From: Eledone cirrhosa
Lineage: Eukaryota
Length of the DNA: 64,000 nt
Assembly (NCBI GenBank): GCA_964016885.1
Contig: OZ024765.1
Span: 8,122,001-8,186,000 of the forward strand
Reading direction: 5' to 3'
Part shown: one piece after another, positions 27,143 to 43,924 of the stretch
Position numbering within the stretch: the first letter of the stretch is position 1
How the letters are laid out: every line of letters starts with the position of its first letter
The notes under the pieces: model-generated
Seen by the model: the letters and a program-made list of their open reading frames with translations, nothing else
Told to the model about the DNA's origin: nothing
Databases searched by the model: none
Program-made: the position numbers and the translations under genes

Positions 27143-27336
27143 TGGCGGTGAGAATTGGCAGTATCGGTAGAGGGTCAGACGCCATGCTTTGACGCATAGA
27201 GTTACGGCCCTTGCCATTCTGAGTTCAAATCCCGCCGAGGTTAACTTTGCCTTTCATCCTTACGGGGTCGATAAAATAAAGTACCAGTAATACACTGGGT
27301 AATTGCTGGCCTTGTACTAAAAGTAAAAACATTATT
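27143..27336 (+). mobile_element. SINE family C, full length
   Basis: A box TGGCAGTATCGG, B box AGTTCAAATCC, central domain, (ATT)n tail. Confidence 0.9.
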
Positions 27337-27394
27337 ATATATATATATATATTTTGCATATATTCTGCTCTTGTACTGTTGAACGCTTTATATA

Positions 27395-27471
<77 letters not shown>

Positions 27472-28154
27472 GACACACACAAACACGTACACACACATAT
27501 ACATGTGAGATGGAAACTCATGAATACAAAGACACATACACACACAAAAAGATACACATACACATACACACAGAGACTCTCCCTTGCTTTGGCAGGAAAT
27601 GTTTTCTTCAAGTAACTGCCACTGAGAGAGAGAGGGGTGGTGGATGAGAGGGGGGGCGGGTGAATAAGAGAGATAAGGAGAGAGAGGGAGTGAATGAGAG
27701 AGCGGGGAGGGGTAAGAGGGGTGAAGGGAGTAAGAGGGAGGGTGGGGAGATGGAGGGAGGGGGAGGGAGAATACGGAGAGAGGGAGAGGGAGAGAGGGGG
27801 AGGGACAGAGAACGAGTGGGAGACAGAGGAATGGTTTATAAGCGGTATACAAGTACACACAGATACACACTTACATAAACATCACACATAAACACACACA
27901 TATAGACCCAGACACATACACGCACTGTCCTTCAGTAAGACAGTTTATTTCACATTGTTCCAGTTCACTCAGCTGTCACTGGTGTGTGTATATATATAGA
28001 ATATAAAACGAAAAGTCAGTGATGCATCTGAACTCAATTTATTGTGTGTTACAATTGTTTCCCCGGCAGACAGCTCGAGACGCGATAATTGTGTGGATCT
28101 GTCTGATTCTGGAGACCCGCAGGTTCGAGGGACACATCTAATGATTTCGGAGCA

Positions 28155-28197
<43 letters not shown>

Positions 28198-28280
28198 TTC
28201 CCGTCCAACCCTTGCAAGCAGGGAAAAGCGGACGTAAAATCATGATGATGATGATGATGATGATGATGATATATATATAT

Positions 28281-28623
28281 CATCATCATCATCATTTCAT
28301 TTTACGTCCACATTTTCCCTGCTTGCAAGGGTGGGACGGGAACTGATTCTGGCTTGATTTCTACAGCTGGATGCCCTTCCTAACACCAACCTCATTTACA
28401 GTGAGTGCTGGGTGCTTTTTTGGCGTGGCACCTCCACGACCACTTTGCAGTGGAATGATAGGTATCCCAGTCCCTATCATCTCATTTCTACAGCTGAGTA
28501 AACTGGAGCAATGTGAAATAAAGTGTCTTGCTCAAGGAAACAACACATCACCCGGTCTGAGAATTGAACTCACAACCTTTCGTTTGCAAGGCCAATGCTC
28601 TAACCACTAAGCCATGTGCCTCC
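28281..28623 (-). mobile_element. SINE family A
   Basis: Full copy on the minus strand. Confidence 0.9.
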
Positions 28624-28985
28624 ATCTCCATACATTCATATATATATATGGAGGAGGTTTACTTCCTTCCGAAGAAAAGATATTATCTCGAAAATAAATC
28701 TAAGGTAAAAGACTAATTGTCAACAATATCTTTTGCATTCACATTCTTTATTCTATGTCCATACCTGCATTGTTTTGGCTTTATTATACATATACAAACG
28801 TTTATATATATATATATATATATATTGTTATACTTTGGGAGGGTCATGTTGCCAATAAGAAACACACGCACCAGTTGCTTTCACTTCAATTTATTATTAT
28901 AATAAATTTATAATAAATTTATAAATTTATAAATTTCTGGTTGGTTGGTTGGTTGGTTCCACAACCAGATAGTTGTTTATATATT

Positions 28986-29028
28986 GTCATAGTTCTTTCG
29001 TCACACACTCTGTGACCTCTTCAGTGAC
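28986..29028 (-). ncRNA. Minimal type I hammerhead ribozyme
   Basis: GTCA-CTGAAGA-G-GTCACA-gagtg-TGTGAC-GAAA-GAACT-A-TGAC; all three stems pair. Confidence 0.8.
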
Positions 29029-29179
29029 TGGGGATTCCTTCCTTTGTTTCTGTGCCTCTCCGTTGTTCTGTCCTACGCCATATATATATATATATATATA
29101 TATATCCAGGGGGTGTAACTTGGCGTTACTGCAGGTTCACTCGGGAGATATATATATATATATATACACACATATATGT

Positions 29180-29298
29180 GAAGGCGTGTGGCTGAGTGGT
29201 TAGAGAATTGGATTCACAATCTTGAGGTTGTGAGTTCGATTCCTGGACCAGGCGATGCGTTATGTCCTTGAGCAAGACACTTTATTTCACGGTGCTCC
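29180..29298 (+). mobile_element. Diverged SINE head related to family A
   Basis: TGGCTGAGTGG, AGTTCGATTCC and GTCCTTGAGCAAGACACTT motifs. Confidence 0.75.
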
Positions 29299-29697
29299 TT
29301 CTACCTGGAGTTGCGACCGATAAATAGTATTAGCAGCTGAAAAGGCCAACGGAAACATTGTTTCCTCGGTCCAATTTGACGACAGTCGATTGATCCTTTA
29401 TTTTATATGTATATATGTATGTATGTATGTATGTATGCATGTATGTAAACACACACACACAGACACATGTTTATGCACGTGCACAAGTATGGCTCTTGTT
29501 ACAAAACGTTTTTTTTTTCAATTTCAGGTAGACGCGCTCCATCATCCACTTTTCTAAAAAATATATCATACACAAAACGCCAGCACCAACAGTTTTGCAA
29601 GAGATGTCAACATGAATGGACCTGTTATTTTTATCTAAAGACATTTTTTCCAATTCCAACCCGCCCGTCCCCTCAATCTATCTTATTTCTCATTCTT

Positions 29698-29733
29698 TCT
29701 TCTGATGAAGGACTAGCGTCCGAAACGTTAAGA
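29698..29733 (+). ncRNA. Minimal type I hammerhead ribozyme with dimer-type stem III
   Basis: TCTT-CTGATGA-A-GGAC-tagc-GTCC-GAAAC-GT-T-AAGA; palindromic ACGT stem III; cleavage predicted at 29729^29730. Confidence 0.82.
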
Positions 29734-29822
29734 CCCTCTTCCTGCTATATCAAGCGTTAACCTAATATATCCCTTCCATATACTGTACCGATTGTGTTGT
29801 TATTTCTGTTTACCTTTTACAT

Positions 29823-29853
<31 letters not shown>

Positions 29854-29869
29854 AAGTCAATCCATGAGT

Positions 29870-29910
29870 CCGAGCTGAAGATCCGCATAAGGTGAAACAA
29901 CTGTTCTTGG
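29870..29910 (+). ncRNA. Minimal type I hammerhead ribozyme
   Basis: CCGAG-CTGAAGA-TCC-gcataa-GGT-GAAA-CAACTGT-T-CTTGG. Confidence 0.75.
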
Positions 29911-30217
29911 TATGGTGAACTAACTGTTGTGTTACTACTTATATATATATATATATGACAAGTAAGTATGTTTTGAAACAGTGAGCAGGTTTGAAATTAG
30001 AAAATAGAATAGCTCTCACTGTATATTTGACTAAAGAAATTTTAGCCTGATAGTGGGGTTTAGAACCCTCAGATAAATGGAAAAAGATGAGTATTGACGT
30101 ATATATATATATATATTTATATGTATATATGTATATATATATGCATGTATGTAGATAATGATGATATATATCATCATTATATATAGTGGATATATATATC
30201 CAGTCTATATACAAGTC

Positions 30218-30251
<34 letters not shown>

Positions 30252-30252
30252 A

Positions 30253-30538
30253 TCTAAGGCGGGTAAAATTCCCGAGATCCATGGACGAGTTCTCTCCAGC
30301 GGTCTCTGTCCCTCATTATCGCTGCCATGTCCTGAAAAACTCAGAGCTGTATGGGAGCATCCCAAAAGTCAGCTCAAAAGTGACACAGAGGAGACTGAGG
30401 TTAGCTGGACAGGCTCACCGACATCCAGAGTTGACATTGCACTCAGTGGTCCTTTGGGAGCCCCTACATGGACACACTGGAAGAGGAAGACCAAGGTTAA
30501 TGTATGTTGATGCCCTAAGGACAGACACTGGTCTGTTG

Positions 30539-30542
<4 letters not shown>
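30253..30542 (-). mobile_element. 5'-inverted RTE-X LINE insertion
   Basis: 30253-30334 is the reverse complement of 45057-45138; 30333-30542 equals 44845-45054 forward. Confidence 0.9.
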
Positions 30543-30577
<35 letters not shown>

Positions 30578-30580
<3 letters not shown>

Positions 30581-30792
30581 GACAGGGGGGGAGAAAAAAA
30601 TGGCTTCACTTGTGCTTTCAACAAATTTATTTTCTTCACAAAATCCAAAAAGAATTTTTTTCCGGATTAGAAAAATTTTTTTTTTTTTTAATTTTTTCTA
30701 ATCCGGAAAAAAATTATTTTTGAATTTTGTGAAGAAAATAAATTTGTTGAAAGCACAAGTGAAGCCATTTTTTTCTTCCCCCCCCGTCTTAA
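30578..30792. repeat. Palindrome with ~97-bp arms around a poly-T spacer
   Basis: Reverse-complement arms; decayed GTGAAGA...GAAA motif at 30729-30752. Confidence 0.88.
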
Positions 30793-30873
30793 TATACCTA
30801 ACTGTACCAAGGATTACACACATTTTCCAATATATATATATATATATATATATATCCAGTCTATATACAAGTC

Positions 30874-30909
<36 letters not shown>

Positions 30910-31244
30910 AGTCTATATACAAATCAATTATATATATATATATCCAGTCTATATACAAATCAATTATATATATATATATATCCAGTCTATATACAAATCA
31001 ATTATATATATATATATATCCAGTCTATATACAAATCAATTATATATATATATATCCAGTCTATATACAAATCAATTATATATATATATATCCAGTCTAT
31101 ATACAAGACAATTATATATATATCCAGTATATATATATATATATCCAGTCTATATATATATATATATATATCCAGTCTATATACAAGTCAATTATGAAGT
31201 ATTATTTTTCAATTCTAAACATAGAATACACTTCACGCCATTCT

Positions 31245-32100
31245 CCAGGTTGTTGTTGTTGTTTCCGGATTGTTGTTGTTGTTGTTGTTTCCAGATTGTT
31301 GTTGTTGTTGTTGTTGTTGTCTCCAGATTGTTGTTGTTGTTGTTGTTGTTTCCAGAGTGTTGTTGTTGTTGTTGTTGTTGTCTCCAGAGTGTTGTTGTTG
31401 TTGTTGTTGTTGTCTCCAGATTGTTGTTGTTGTTGTTTCCAGGTTGTTGTTGTTGTTGTTGTTTCCAGATTGTTGTTGTTGTTGTTGTTGTCTCCAGATT
31501 GTTGTTGTTGTTGTTTCCAGAGTGTTGTTGTTGTTGTTGTTGTCTCCAGATTGTTGTTGTTGTTGTTGTTGTTGTCTCCAGATTGTTGTTGTTGTTGTTG
31601 TTGTTGTCTCCAGATTGTTGTTGTTGTTGTTTCCAGGTTGTTGTTGTTGTTGTTGTTTCCAGATTGTTGTTGTTGTTGTTGTTGTCTCCAGATTGTTGTT
31701 GTTGTTGTTGTTTCCAGATTGTTGTTGTTGTTGTTGTTGTTTCCAGATTGTTGTTGTTGTTGTTGTTGTCTCCAGATTGTTGTTGTTGTTGTTGTTGTTT
31801 CCAGATTGTTGTTGTTTCCAGATTGTTGTTGTTGTTGTTGTTGTTGTTGTCTCCAGATTGTTGTTGTTGTTGTTGTTGTTGTTTCCAGATTGTTGTTGTT
31901 GTTGTTGTTGTTGTTTCCAGATTGTTGTTGTTGTTGTTGTTGTCTCCAGATTGTTGTTGTTGTTGTTGTTGTTGTCTCCAGATTGTTGTTGTTGTTGTTG
32001 TTGTTGTCTCCAGATTGTTGTTGTTGTTGTTGTTGTTTCCAGGTTGTTGTTGTTGTTGTTGTTGTTTCCATGTTGTTGTTTTTGTTGTTGTTGTTGTCTT
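31245..32100. repeat. (GTT)n tract punctuated by TCCAGA
   Basis: Seen directly; followed by (GCA/CCA/TCA)n up to 32612. Confidence 0.95.
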
Positions 32101-32725
32101 TCTATATTTTACATTATTGAGAAAATCCAGAAGCAATTACTTGAAAAGACTGGAAGTGACATTGGAGGAGATTTAATGGCAGCAGCAGCAGCAGCAGCAG
32201 CAGCACCAGCAGCAGCAGCAGCAGCACCACCACCAGCAGCAGCGGCACCAGCATCAGCAACACCAGCAGCAGCAGCAGCACTACCAGCAGCAGCAGCACC
32301 AGCAGCAGCACCAACACCACCAGCACCACCACCACCACCAGCAGCAGCAGCAGCACTACCAGCATCAGCAACACCAGCAGCAGCAGCAGCACTACCACCA
32401 GCAGCAGCACCAGCAGCAGCACCAACACCACCAGCACCACCAGCACCACCAGCACCAGCACCGCTATTACTATTATCATCATCATCATTATCACCACTAC
32501 CACCATCATCATCACCATCATCATCATCTTGACCACGATGATCACCATCAACACCACCACCGTCACCATTATCATCAACTTGACCATCACCATCACCATC
32601 ACCACTGCTACCATTAATATTGTTGCTATAGTGACCCTCGGAGGTTTCCCCCTTTTTGGGGAATTTTTGTTGTTTGAATTGATTTCTATCTTGTTATAAC
32701 CTGTTTACAGGGCCAAACCCCACAT

Positions 32726-33389
32726 CGTACCGTCCTGTACCGTCCTGTACCGTTCTGTGCCGTCATGTACCGTCCTGTACCGTTCTGTGCCGTCATGTAC
32801 CGTCCTGTACCGTCCTGTACCGTTCTGTGCCGTCCTGTACCGTCCTGTACCGTCCTGTACCGTTCTGTGCCGTCCTGTACCGTCCTGTACCGTCCTGTAC
32901 CGTCCTGTACCGTTCTGTACCGTCCTGTGCCGTCCTGTGCCGTCCTGTACCGTCCTGTACCGTCCTGTGCCGTCCTGTGCCGTCCTTTACCGTTCTGTGC
33001 CGTCCTGTGCCGTCCTGTACCGTTCTGTACCGTCCTGTGCCGTCCTGTGCCGTCCTGTACCGTTCTGTGCCGTCCTGTGCCGTCCTGTACCGTCCTGTAC
33101 CGTTCTGTGCCGTCCTGTACCGTCCTGTACCGTCCTGTACCGTCCTGTGCCGTCCTGTACCGTCCTGTACCGTTGTGCCGTCCTGTGCCGTCCTGTACCG
33201 TCATGTACCGTCCTGTGCCGTCCTGTGCCGTCCTGTGCCGTCCTGTGCCGTCCTGTACCGTCCTGTACCGTCATGTACCGTCCAGTACCGTCATGTACCG
33301 TTCTGTACCGTTCTGTACCGTCTTGTACCGTCTTGTACCGTCTTGTACCGTCCTGTACCATCCTGTACCGTTCTGTACCATCCTGTACA
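32726..33389. repeat. 10-bp minisatellite CGTCCTGT(A/G)C
   Basis: About 65 tandem units. Confidence 0.97.
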
Positions 33390-33456
33390 GCACCAGCAGC
33401 CTACCTTGATTAAATTTTAATCATTTAACATCTCAGGGTATGTCATGTATCATTAT

Positions 33457-33509
33457 ATTTTGTCTGATGAGGACGTACTGTTGTACCTCTGAAATATGTA
33501 TAATAAAAT
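33457..33509 (+). ncRNA. Type I hammerhead ribozyme
   Basis: ATTTTGT-CTGATGA-GGACGTAC-tgtt-GTACCTCT-GAAA-TATGTAT-A-ATAAAAT; its downstream tail recurs at 42920-43050. Confidence 0.8.
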
Positions 33510-33703
33510 GTAATTGATCAAAAGAACATCTATTTTATTAATATTTGTATTTTAATATTAATAACTCTGGAAAATTATTTTTACTGTAGAGTGCTTCCAA
33601 TCTACTGTAAAACTCATTCTTTGATGTACTCATTGAATCTTGTTTAACTCTTTAATATATATATATACATATATATATGCATGCACACACATATATATAT
33701 TAA

Positions 33704-33760
<57 letters not shown>

Positions 33761-33968
33761 TATATATATATATTTATGTTTGTTGGTTCACCACTGGATG
33801 GAATTGGTCATTCCGTATGGTCAATCTTGATGTAATATTATGGAGAGTACTCAACGTAGTGCAGTTCACCCGTCTTCGTTTGTGTAGTTGGTGGTGCTCA
33901 TACGGAGTTAATTATTATAAATAAAATAACAGGAGGCTGGACTGGTGTAAATCCTTGAAAGGTTTATT

Positions 33969-34026
33969 ATACTATGATCATTTCAATGACCGGGTTCCGT
34001 ATGAATCCGGTGATATCATCAGGTAT
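33969..34026 (-). ncRNA. Type I hammerhead ribozyme near the 3' end of a ~1.5-kb non-coding element
   Basis: ATAC-CTGATGA-..ACCGG.TTC/GAA.CCGGT..-GAAA-TGATCAT-A-GTAT followed by AATAAA; palindromic stem III ATGATCAT. Confidence 0.78.
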
Positions 34027-35538
34027 TCGAAATGTAACAAAGGAATATATAAAATCCATGGGTCGGAAATCAGAGACAGAGAGGACGACTGACCAACTAG
34101 CTGCTTTCACCTCAGTCTACTAATCAGCATCTGGTGAGGGGGTGAAGGCTTATAATGTACTACCACCTCTCCGTCAGAGAATAAAAAAAGAAGAAAGAAA
34201 GAAAGAAAGAAAGAAAGAAGAGAAGTCAGCGTAAGGGTCACACTACAGTCAGGCTAGAGGATGCCGCGAAAAATGTTATTCCAAAGAACCCATATTTTAA
34301 CAAAGGCATATATATGGGTGTCTGTATGGTTTAATGTGTGAACAGAAAATTGGAACGTTAACTTATGTTAAGAGTTATAGGATGAAATTAAATTCTTAGA
34401 AAATTAATAGAAAATTAAAGGTTTGTGTTGCGAGAATTATTTAATGAAATTACCGAGAGAGTCTTATATGAAAAAGTTTAAGTGTATTATAGGGAATCTC
34501 GATAAGTTATCAAGGTGGGATATAGAGTAAAGATAAAAGCCTTCGATTGTAAACCCCAGCCAGCACCTCCCAACCACGTGTCAACCAGTTTCGTGTGGTA
34601 TCGTCTAGCGAAATAAATGAAATTAATTTTTCCGAGTACTCTAGGAACGTAGCTGTGATAGGCCCCGAGTGTGCTAGCGGGAAGTCAATCAGCTTCTACA
34701 GGCCATCGTCTATACCAAACGAATACTATTAATTCACACAGGAGGGGTTTACTTACGTGCCAGCAGAGGGAGGCATGATACAGCTAACAGTTATGCCTAA
34801 GCCTAGAGTTTATAAGTATGAGTATAATGTGGCGGTTAAAACAGGCGGCGCGGCGCGGCGGGCCCCAGGGCAAATCGAGCCGCTCCAAGTCGTTTCGTTT
34901 ACCGAAAGAGGGGAAAATTAATTTTTCCAAGCACTCAAGGAAGGTAGAACCACCCTAGGGCCCGGCGCACAGCCGGGAAATCCACCACATCAGTCGAAAA
35001 TGGTAAAACCCAATGGAAAGTGCCAATAGACTATAATTATTTTTAAGTCCCAGTTATTCCGGGTTATAAGTAGTGTGATTCTTTGGTGGGTAGGGAACTA
35101 TGAATGGTGCATAATGACCTCATTAATGTATTTTAATTAATGTATTTTTTATATCTTATCTTTGTATTTTTATCTTTGTATCCTGCTTTTATTTATTTGG
35201 GATTTTCTGCTTATTATTCCTTACTCAGGTCATTATACACCATTCATAGCTCCCTACCATCATCATCATCGTTAAACATCTTCCACGCTAGCATGGGTTA
35301 GACGGGAGTTGTCCCACTTGAGGCAAGGTAGGTCAGGTGACCGTGTCTCACTCATGTAGGACTGTCTGGCAGGATTTCTACGGCTGGATGCCCTTCCTAA
35401 CACCAACCACGTTTACAGTGTGGACTGGGAGGTTTTTACTGTGTTACCTACACGGCCACATTACAGCGGGGACTGGATGTTGTGGGTGGAAGTGGGAGGA
35501 TGGAGTAAGGGTAGTGGGGTGAGGTGTATAATGGCTTA

Positions 35539-35572
<34 letters not shown>

Positions 35573-35575
<3 letters not shown>

Positions 35576-35888
35576 CTGGGTACATGCTGAAGCATATAAA
35601 CAATATGCCCCCACACCCCCCACCGCAAGGTGGTCGTGGAGGTGCCACGGCAAAAAGGCACCCAGCCCACACTGTAAAGTGGACGTGTAGGCGCCACGAA
35701 AAAGCACCCAGCACTCACTGTAAATGAGGTTGGTGTTAGGAAGGGCATCCAGCTGTAGAAATCAAGCCAGATCAGTTCCTGTATGAGCAAGGCATGGTCA
35801 GCCGACCAGACACTGCACACAACAGGACAACCCGTCTAACCCATGCTAGCGTGGAAGAACGGACGTAAAACGGTGATGATGATGATGA
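35573..35888 (+). mobile_element. 3'UTR fragment of RTE lineage A
   Basis: Near-identical to 49097-49410. Confidence 0.85.
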
Positions 35889-36166
35889 TATATACATATA
35901 TACAATATATAGAGGCGAAAGACACAGAAGAGTGTGTATTTCTTTACAGGAATTTCAAATTACCAGCGTGAAGAGAATATAAGTTACTAGAGGCAGAGGA
36001 AAAACATTAAAATTAAAAGTATAAATTAAAATGAAAAACCAACCTCACCTAAATCACACATGTACACACTCACCAGGAGAATGTTTTGCCATTTTAGTGG
36101 GTTCCAATATGGCCCTGTACGTCATCCTCCTTTAATTACAGGATTATACGCGCGTCCTTTGCTCTG

Positions 36167-36205
<39 letters not shown>

Positions 36206-36550
36206 GGAGGCACATGGCTTAGTGGTTAGAGCATTGGCCTTGCAATCGAAAGGTTGTGAGTTCAATTCTCAGACCGGGTGATGTGTTGTTTCCTTGAGCA
36301 AGACACTTTATTTCACATTGCTCCAGTTTACTCAGCTGTAGAAATGAGATGATAGGGACTGGGGTCCATATCATTCCACTGCAAAGTGGTCGTGTAGGTG
36401 CCACGGCTAAAAAGCACCCAGCACTCACTGTAAATGAGGTTGGTGTTAGGAAGGGCATCCAGCTGTAGAAATCAAGCCAGAATCAGTTCCCGTCCCACCC
36501 TTGCAAGCAGGGAAAATGTGGACGTAAAATGAAATGATGAAAATGATGAT
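36206..36550 (+). mobile_element. SINE family A, abutting a P1 element (36550-36742, -)
   Basis: Full head-to-tail copy. Confidence 0.9.
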
Positions 36551-36741
36551 AACGAAGGAAGTGTGGTAAGGAACCAGATGGACCATAACGCACCAGAGTA
36601 CTCAATACTTAGGGTAGTAGAGTGGGTAATAGGAGAAAGTATGACCCTGACGGCAGAGCTCAAGCCATTTTGACAGCTATTTCAGTCCAGAAATAGCCGT
36701 CGAAACGGCTCGAGCTCTGCCATCGGGGTCATACTTTTTCC

Positions 36742-36773
<32 letters not shown>

Positions 36774-38389
36774 TGATATTCATACGAATATATATAATCA
36801 CTCAAAACCAAATATGCTTATAGCACAAACATATACACATATATTGATACCCACACACAGTCATTAACACACACACATACATACATATATACAGACACAC
36901 AGATACAAGTGAGCAGCATATGTTTATAATCACACACACATACATACACACTCAAGGAAAGACATATGGTTACATTCACACACACACATATACTCACACA
37001 AACATACATAGACACATATATACAGCATATCAATTAACGAGAAAGCCATTAACGCACACTCACACATACACACACATATTTACTTATAATCAAAGTACCA
37101 TCTGCTTACATTCACACACACACAGATACACATACACACACACACACGTACCATCACCACTAAAAGCATCAAGCAGCATAGGCATACCACCACCGCACCA
37201 CCACCACCACCACCACCTCACCACCACCACCACTACCACCACCACCACAAAAACACCACCACCACCACCATACCAACACCATACCACCACCAACACCACC
37301 ACCACCGCCACAACACCACCACCACCGCCACAACACCACCACCACAACACCACCACCACCACCATACCAACACCATACCACCACCAACAACACCACCACC
37401 GCCACAACACCACCGCCACAACACCACCACCACTACCACCACCACCACAAAAACACCACCACCACCATACCAACACCATACCACCACCAAAAACACCACC
37501 ACAACACCACCACAACCACAACACAACCACCACTACCACTACCACAACACCACCACCACCACCATACCAACACCATACCACCACCAACAACACCACCACC
37601 GCCACAACACCACCACAACCACAACACCACCACCACTACCACTACCACCACAAAAACACCACCACCACCACCATACCAACACCATACCACCACCAACAAC
37701 ACCACCACAACACCACCACAACCACAACACCACCACCACTACCACTACCACCACAAAAACACCACCACCACCACCATACCAACACCATACCACCACCAAC
37801 AACACCACCACCGCCACAACACCACCACAACCACAACACCACCACCACTACCACTACCACCACAAAAACACCACCACCACCACCATACCAACACCATACC
37901 AACACCATACCACCACCAACAACACCACCACAACACCACCACAACCACAACACCACCACCACTACCACTACCACCACAAAAACACCACCACCACCACTAC
38001 CACCACCACCATACCAACACCATACCACCACCAACATCACCGCCACAACACCACCACCACTACCACCACCACCACCACCATAACACCACCGCCAACACCA
38101 CAACACCACCGCCACAACACCACCACCAACACCACCGCCACAACACCACCACCAACACCATACCACCACCAACAACAACACCACAACACCACCGCCACAA
38201 CACCACCACCACCAACAACAACACCACAACACCACCGCCACAACACCACCACCACCGCCACAACACCACCACCACCACCATACCACCACCACCATACCAC
38301 TGCATTCGTCTTCAACAAGGCAAGACAATCAGAGCATAAGATCTCTTGGCTTTCTTGCAACTACTTAACAACATACATAGGTAAACACA

Positions 38390-41810
<3,421 letters not shown>

Positions 41811-42217
41811 TGGTGGCTGCCAACTCGTTTTCGAGTACGGCCACTACTTTATATCCATGTAGGAGAACCCCTACCGATGCGCTGAACGAGTGTGACTTTT
41901 CAGTCCGGCCAGCGACTTGAAAACTTTGGTACAAACACTACACTTGTGACAATTATTGACACATAGTGCTGGGCCCATGGTACCATGTGACGACAGGTGC
42001 AGAGAGATCTCCAGATATAAAACAATGCCTGTGCCGTAAAGCTTTTATAGTGAGCAAAGGCACTGCACAAAGCCATTCCGACTCTCTTAACCAAGATGAT
42101 ATTTACCAAAAAGAAGAACAAGTCAACATCATTGGATACCATCAGAGTTGCAGGTGTTATATCAGAGTTTTCCTTCTCCTAGAATTCTGCCTTGACAAAG
42201 GCTAAGGGGTCATCTCT
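41811..42217 (-). mobile_element. Copy of the non-autonomous RTE derivative
   Basis: Similar to 163-568. Confidence 0.85.
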
Positions 42218-42309
42218 CATACATATATATACATATATATTCATATATATATATATATATGTATATATATACATATATATATATTTATATATATGTATGT
42301 ATATATAAT

Positions 42310-42344
<35 letters not shown>

Positions 42345-43055
42345 TAATATATACATATATATATATATACATATGTATATATATATATATATATATACAT
42401 ATATATGTATATATATATATAGAGATACGCTGCATCTAGCAGCAACATTTAGCCTATGACCCCTGTTCTGGGTAGAACGAAAAGCCTGTTGAAGAACTGA
42501 ATCCTCTGTTTGATCATGAATACCACAAGCTTGCCAGTCACGTAAGTCTGATATTTGATTTCGGATTCAAAGAAACCCTTTAAACGTATAATCGTTTGAT
42601 TTGTCCAGGTGTATTTTTCTCAATCTGTTAGTTCTATCGTTACTTCGGTATATATTGTGTTAGATTTTGCCTACCACAGTGTTCGATTTATCAAGCTATT
42701 TAAACGTATGTTATTACTCTAAGGACCTAACTTATCGAGTGCTTTGCTAACTCATCATTTCATATAAGTAGGCCGAATTTGCTTGCAAACCGCCAGAGAT
42801 TCGATTTTACTAAATTTCCAATTATATATATCGTCATCATTTCATCATCATTTCATTTTACGTCCGCTTTTCCCTGCTTGCAAGGGTGGGACGGGAACTG
42901 ATTCTGGCTTATATATATACATCTATTTTATTAATATTTGTATTTTAATATTAATAACTCTGGAAAATAATTTTACAGTAGAGTGCTTCCAATCTACTGT
43001 AAAACTCATTCTTTGATATACTCATTGAATCTTGTTTAACTCTTTAATATATATC

Positions 43056-43326
43056 ATCATCGTTTCATCATTTTATTTTACGTCCCTTTTTCCCTGCTTG
43101 CAAGGGTGGGACGGGAACTGATTCTGGCTTGATTTCTACAGCTGGATGCCCTTCCTAACACCAACCTCATTTACAGTGAGTGCTGGGTGCTTTTTTGCCG
43201 TGGCACCTCCACGATCACTTTGCAGTGGAATGATAGGGACCCCAGTCCCTTTCATCTCATTTCTACAGCTGAGTAAACTGGAGCAATGTGAAATAAAGTG
43301 TCTTGCTCAAGGAAACAACACATCAC
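43056..43326 (-). mobile_element. SINE family A lacking its tRNA head
   Basis: Central and tail regions only. Confidence 0.85.
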
Positions 43327-43337
43327 ATATATATATA

Positions 43338-43910
43338 TCATCATCATCATCATCATCATCATCAACGTTTAACGTCCGTGTTCCACGCTTGCATGGGTTT
43401 GGACGGGGGTAGTCCCACTTGAGGCAAGAGTGATTGTCTTGCTCGCATAGGACTGTCTGGCAGGTTTTCTACAGTTGGATGCCCTTCCTAACACCAACCA
43501 CATTTACAGTGTGGGTCTGGGAGGTTTTTACCGTGTTGCCTACACGGCCACATTACAGCGTGGACTGTGTGTTTTTTTGTCGTGACACCTACACGATCTC
43601 ATTTGTTTCGGCCTCGATGGCGCGGCACCAACATAACTTTACATAGAACGGGGTGGTGTGGATCGGGTGGGGGTGGTGGGACGGGGTGTATTTGTTAGAG
43701 ATGCCTACTGGCTGGAGTAGGTTTTTACTATATATTTAGGTAAGGCGGGTCTTCTCTGTTACTGAGTACCGCCAAAGGTCTCGGTCCAGTGACATTGTCT
43801 TGGAGAGGTGTAAGTGTGTGATGTCGGAGTTTATCAGCTCGTCCCAGGTTTTTCTAGGTCTGCCTATTCCGTGACTACCGTCTATCTTTATTGCCCTGCA
43901 CTTTGTTATA
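43338..43910 (-). mobile_element. RTE LINE 3' end (lineage B): ORF C-terminus plus 3'UTR
   Basis: KCRAIKIDGSHGIGRPRKTWDELINSDI...DRDLWRYSVTEKTRLT*; GRPxxTW and DRxxWR are RTE C-terminal motifs; (GAT)n tail. Confidence 0.88.
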
Positions 43911-43924
43911 CAGCTATATATATA

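Noticed and set aside
42421-42610. Plus-strand GTAAGT...TTGTCCAG 67-nt intron-like segment, possibly a Penelope-type retained intron
   Set aside because: Single instance, no intact ribozyme core or ORF, and no second copy in the window to support it.
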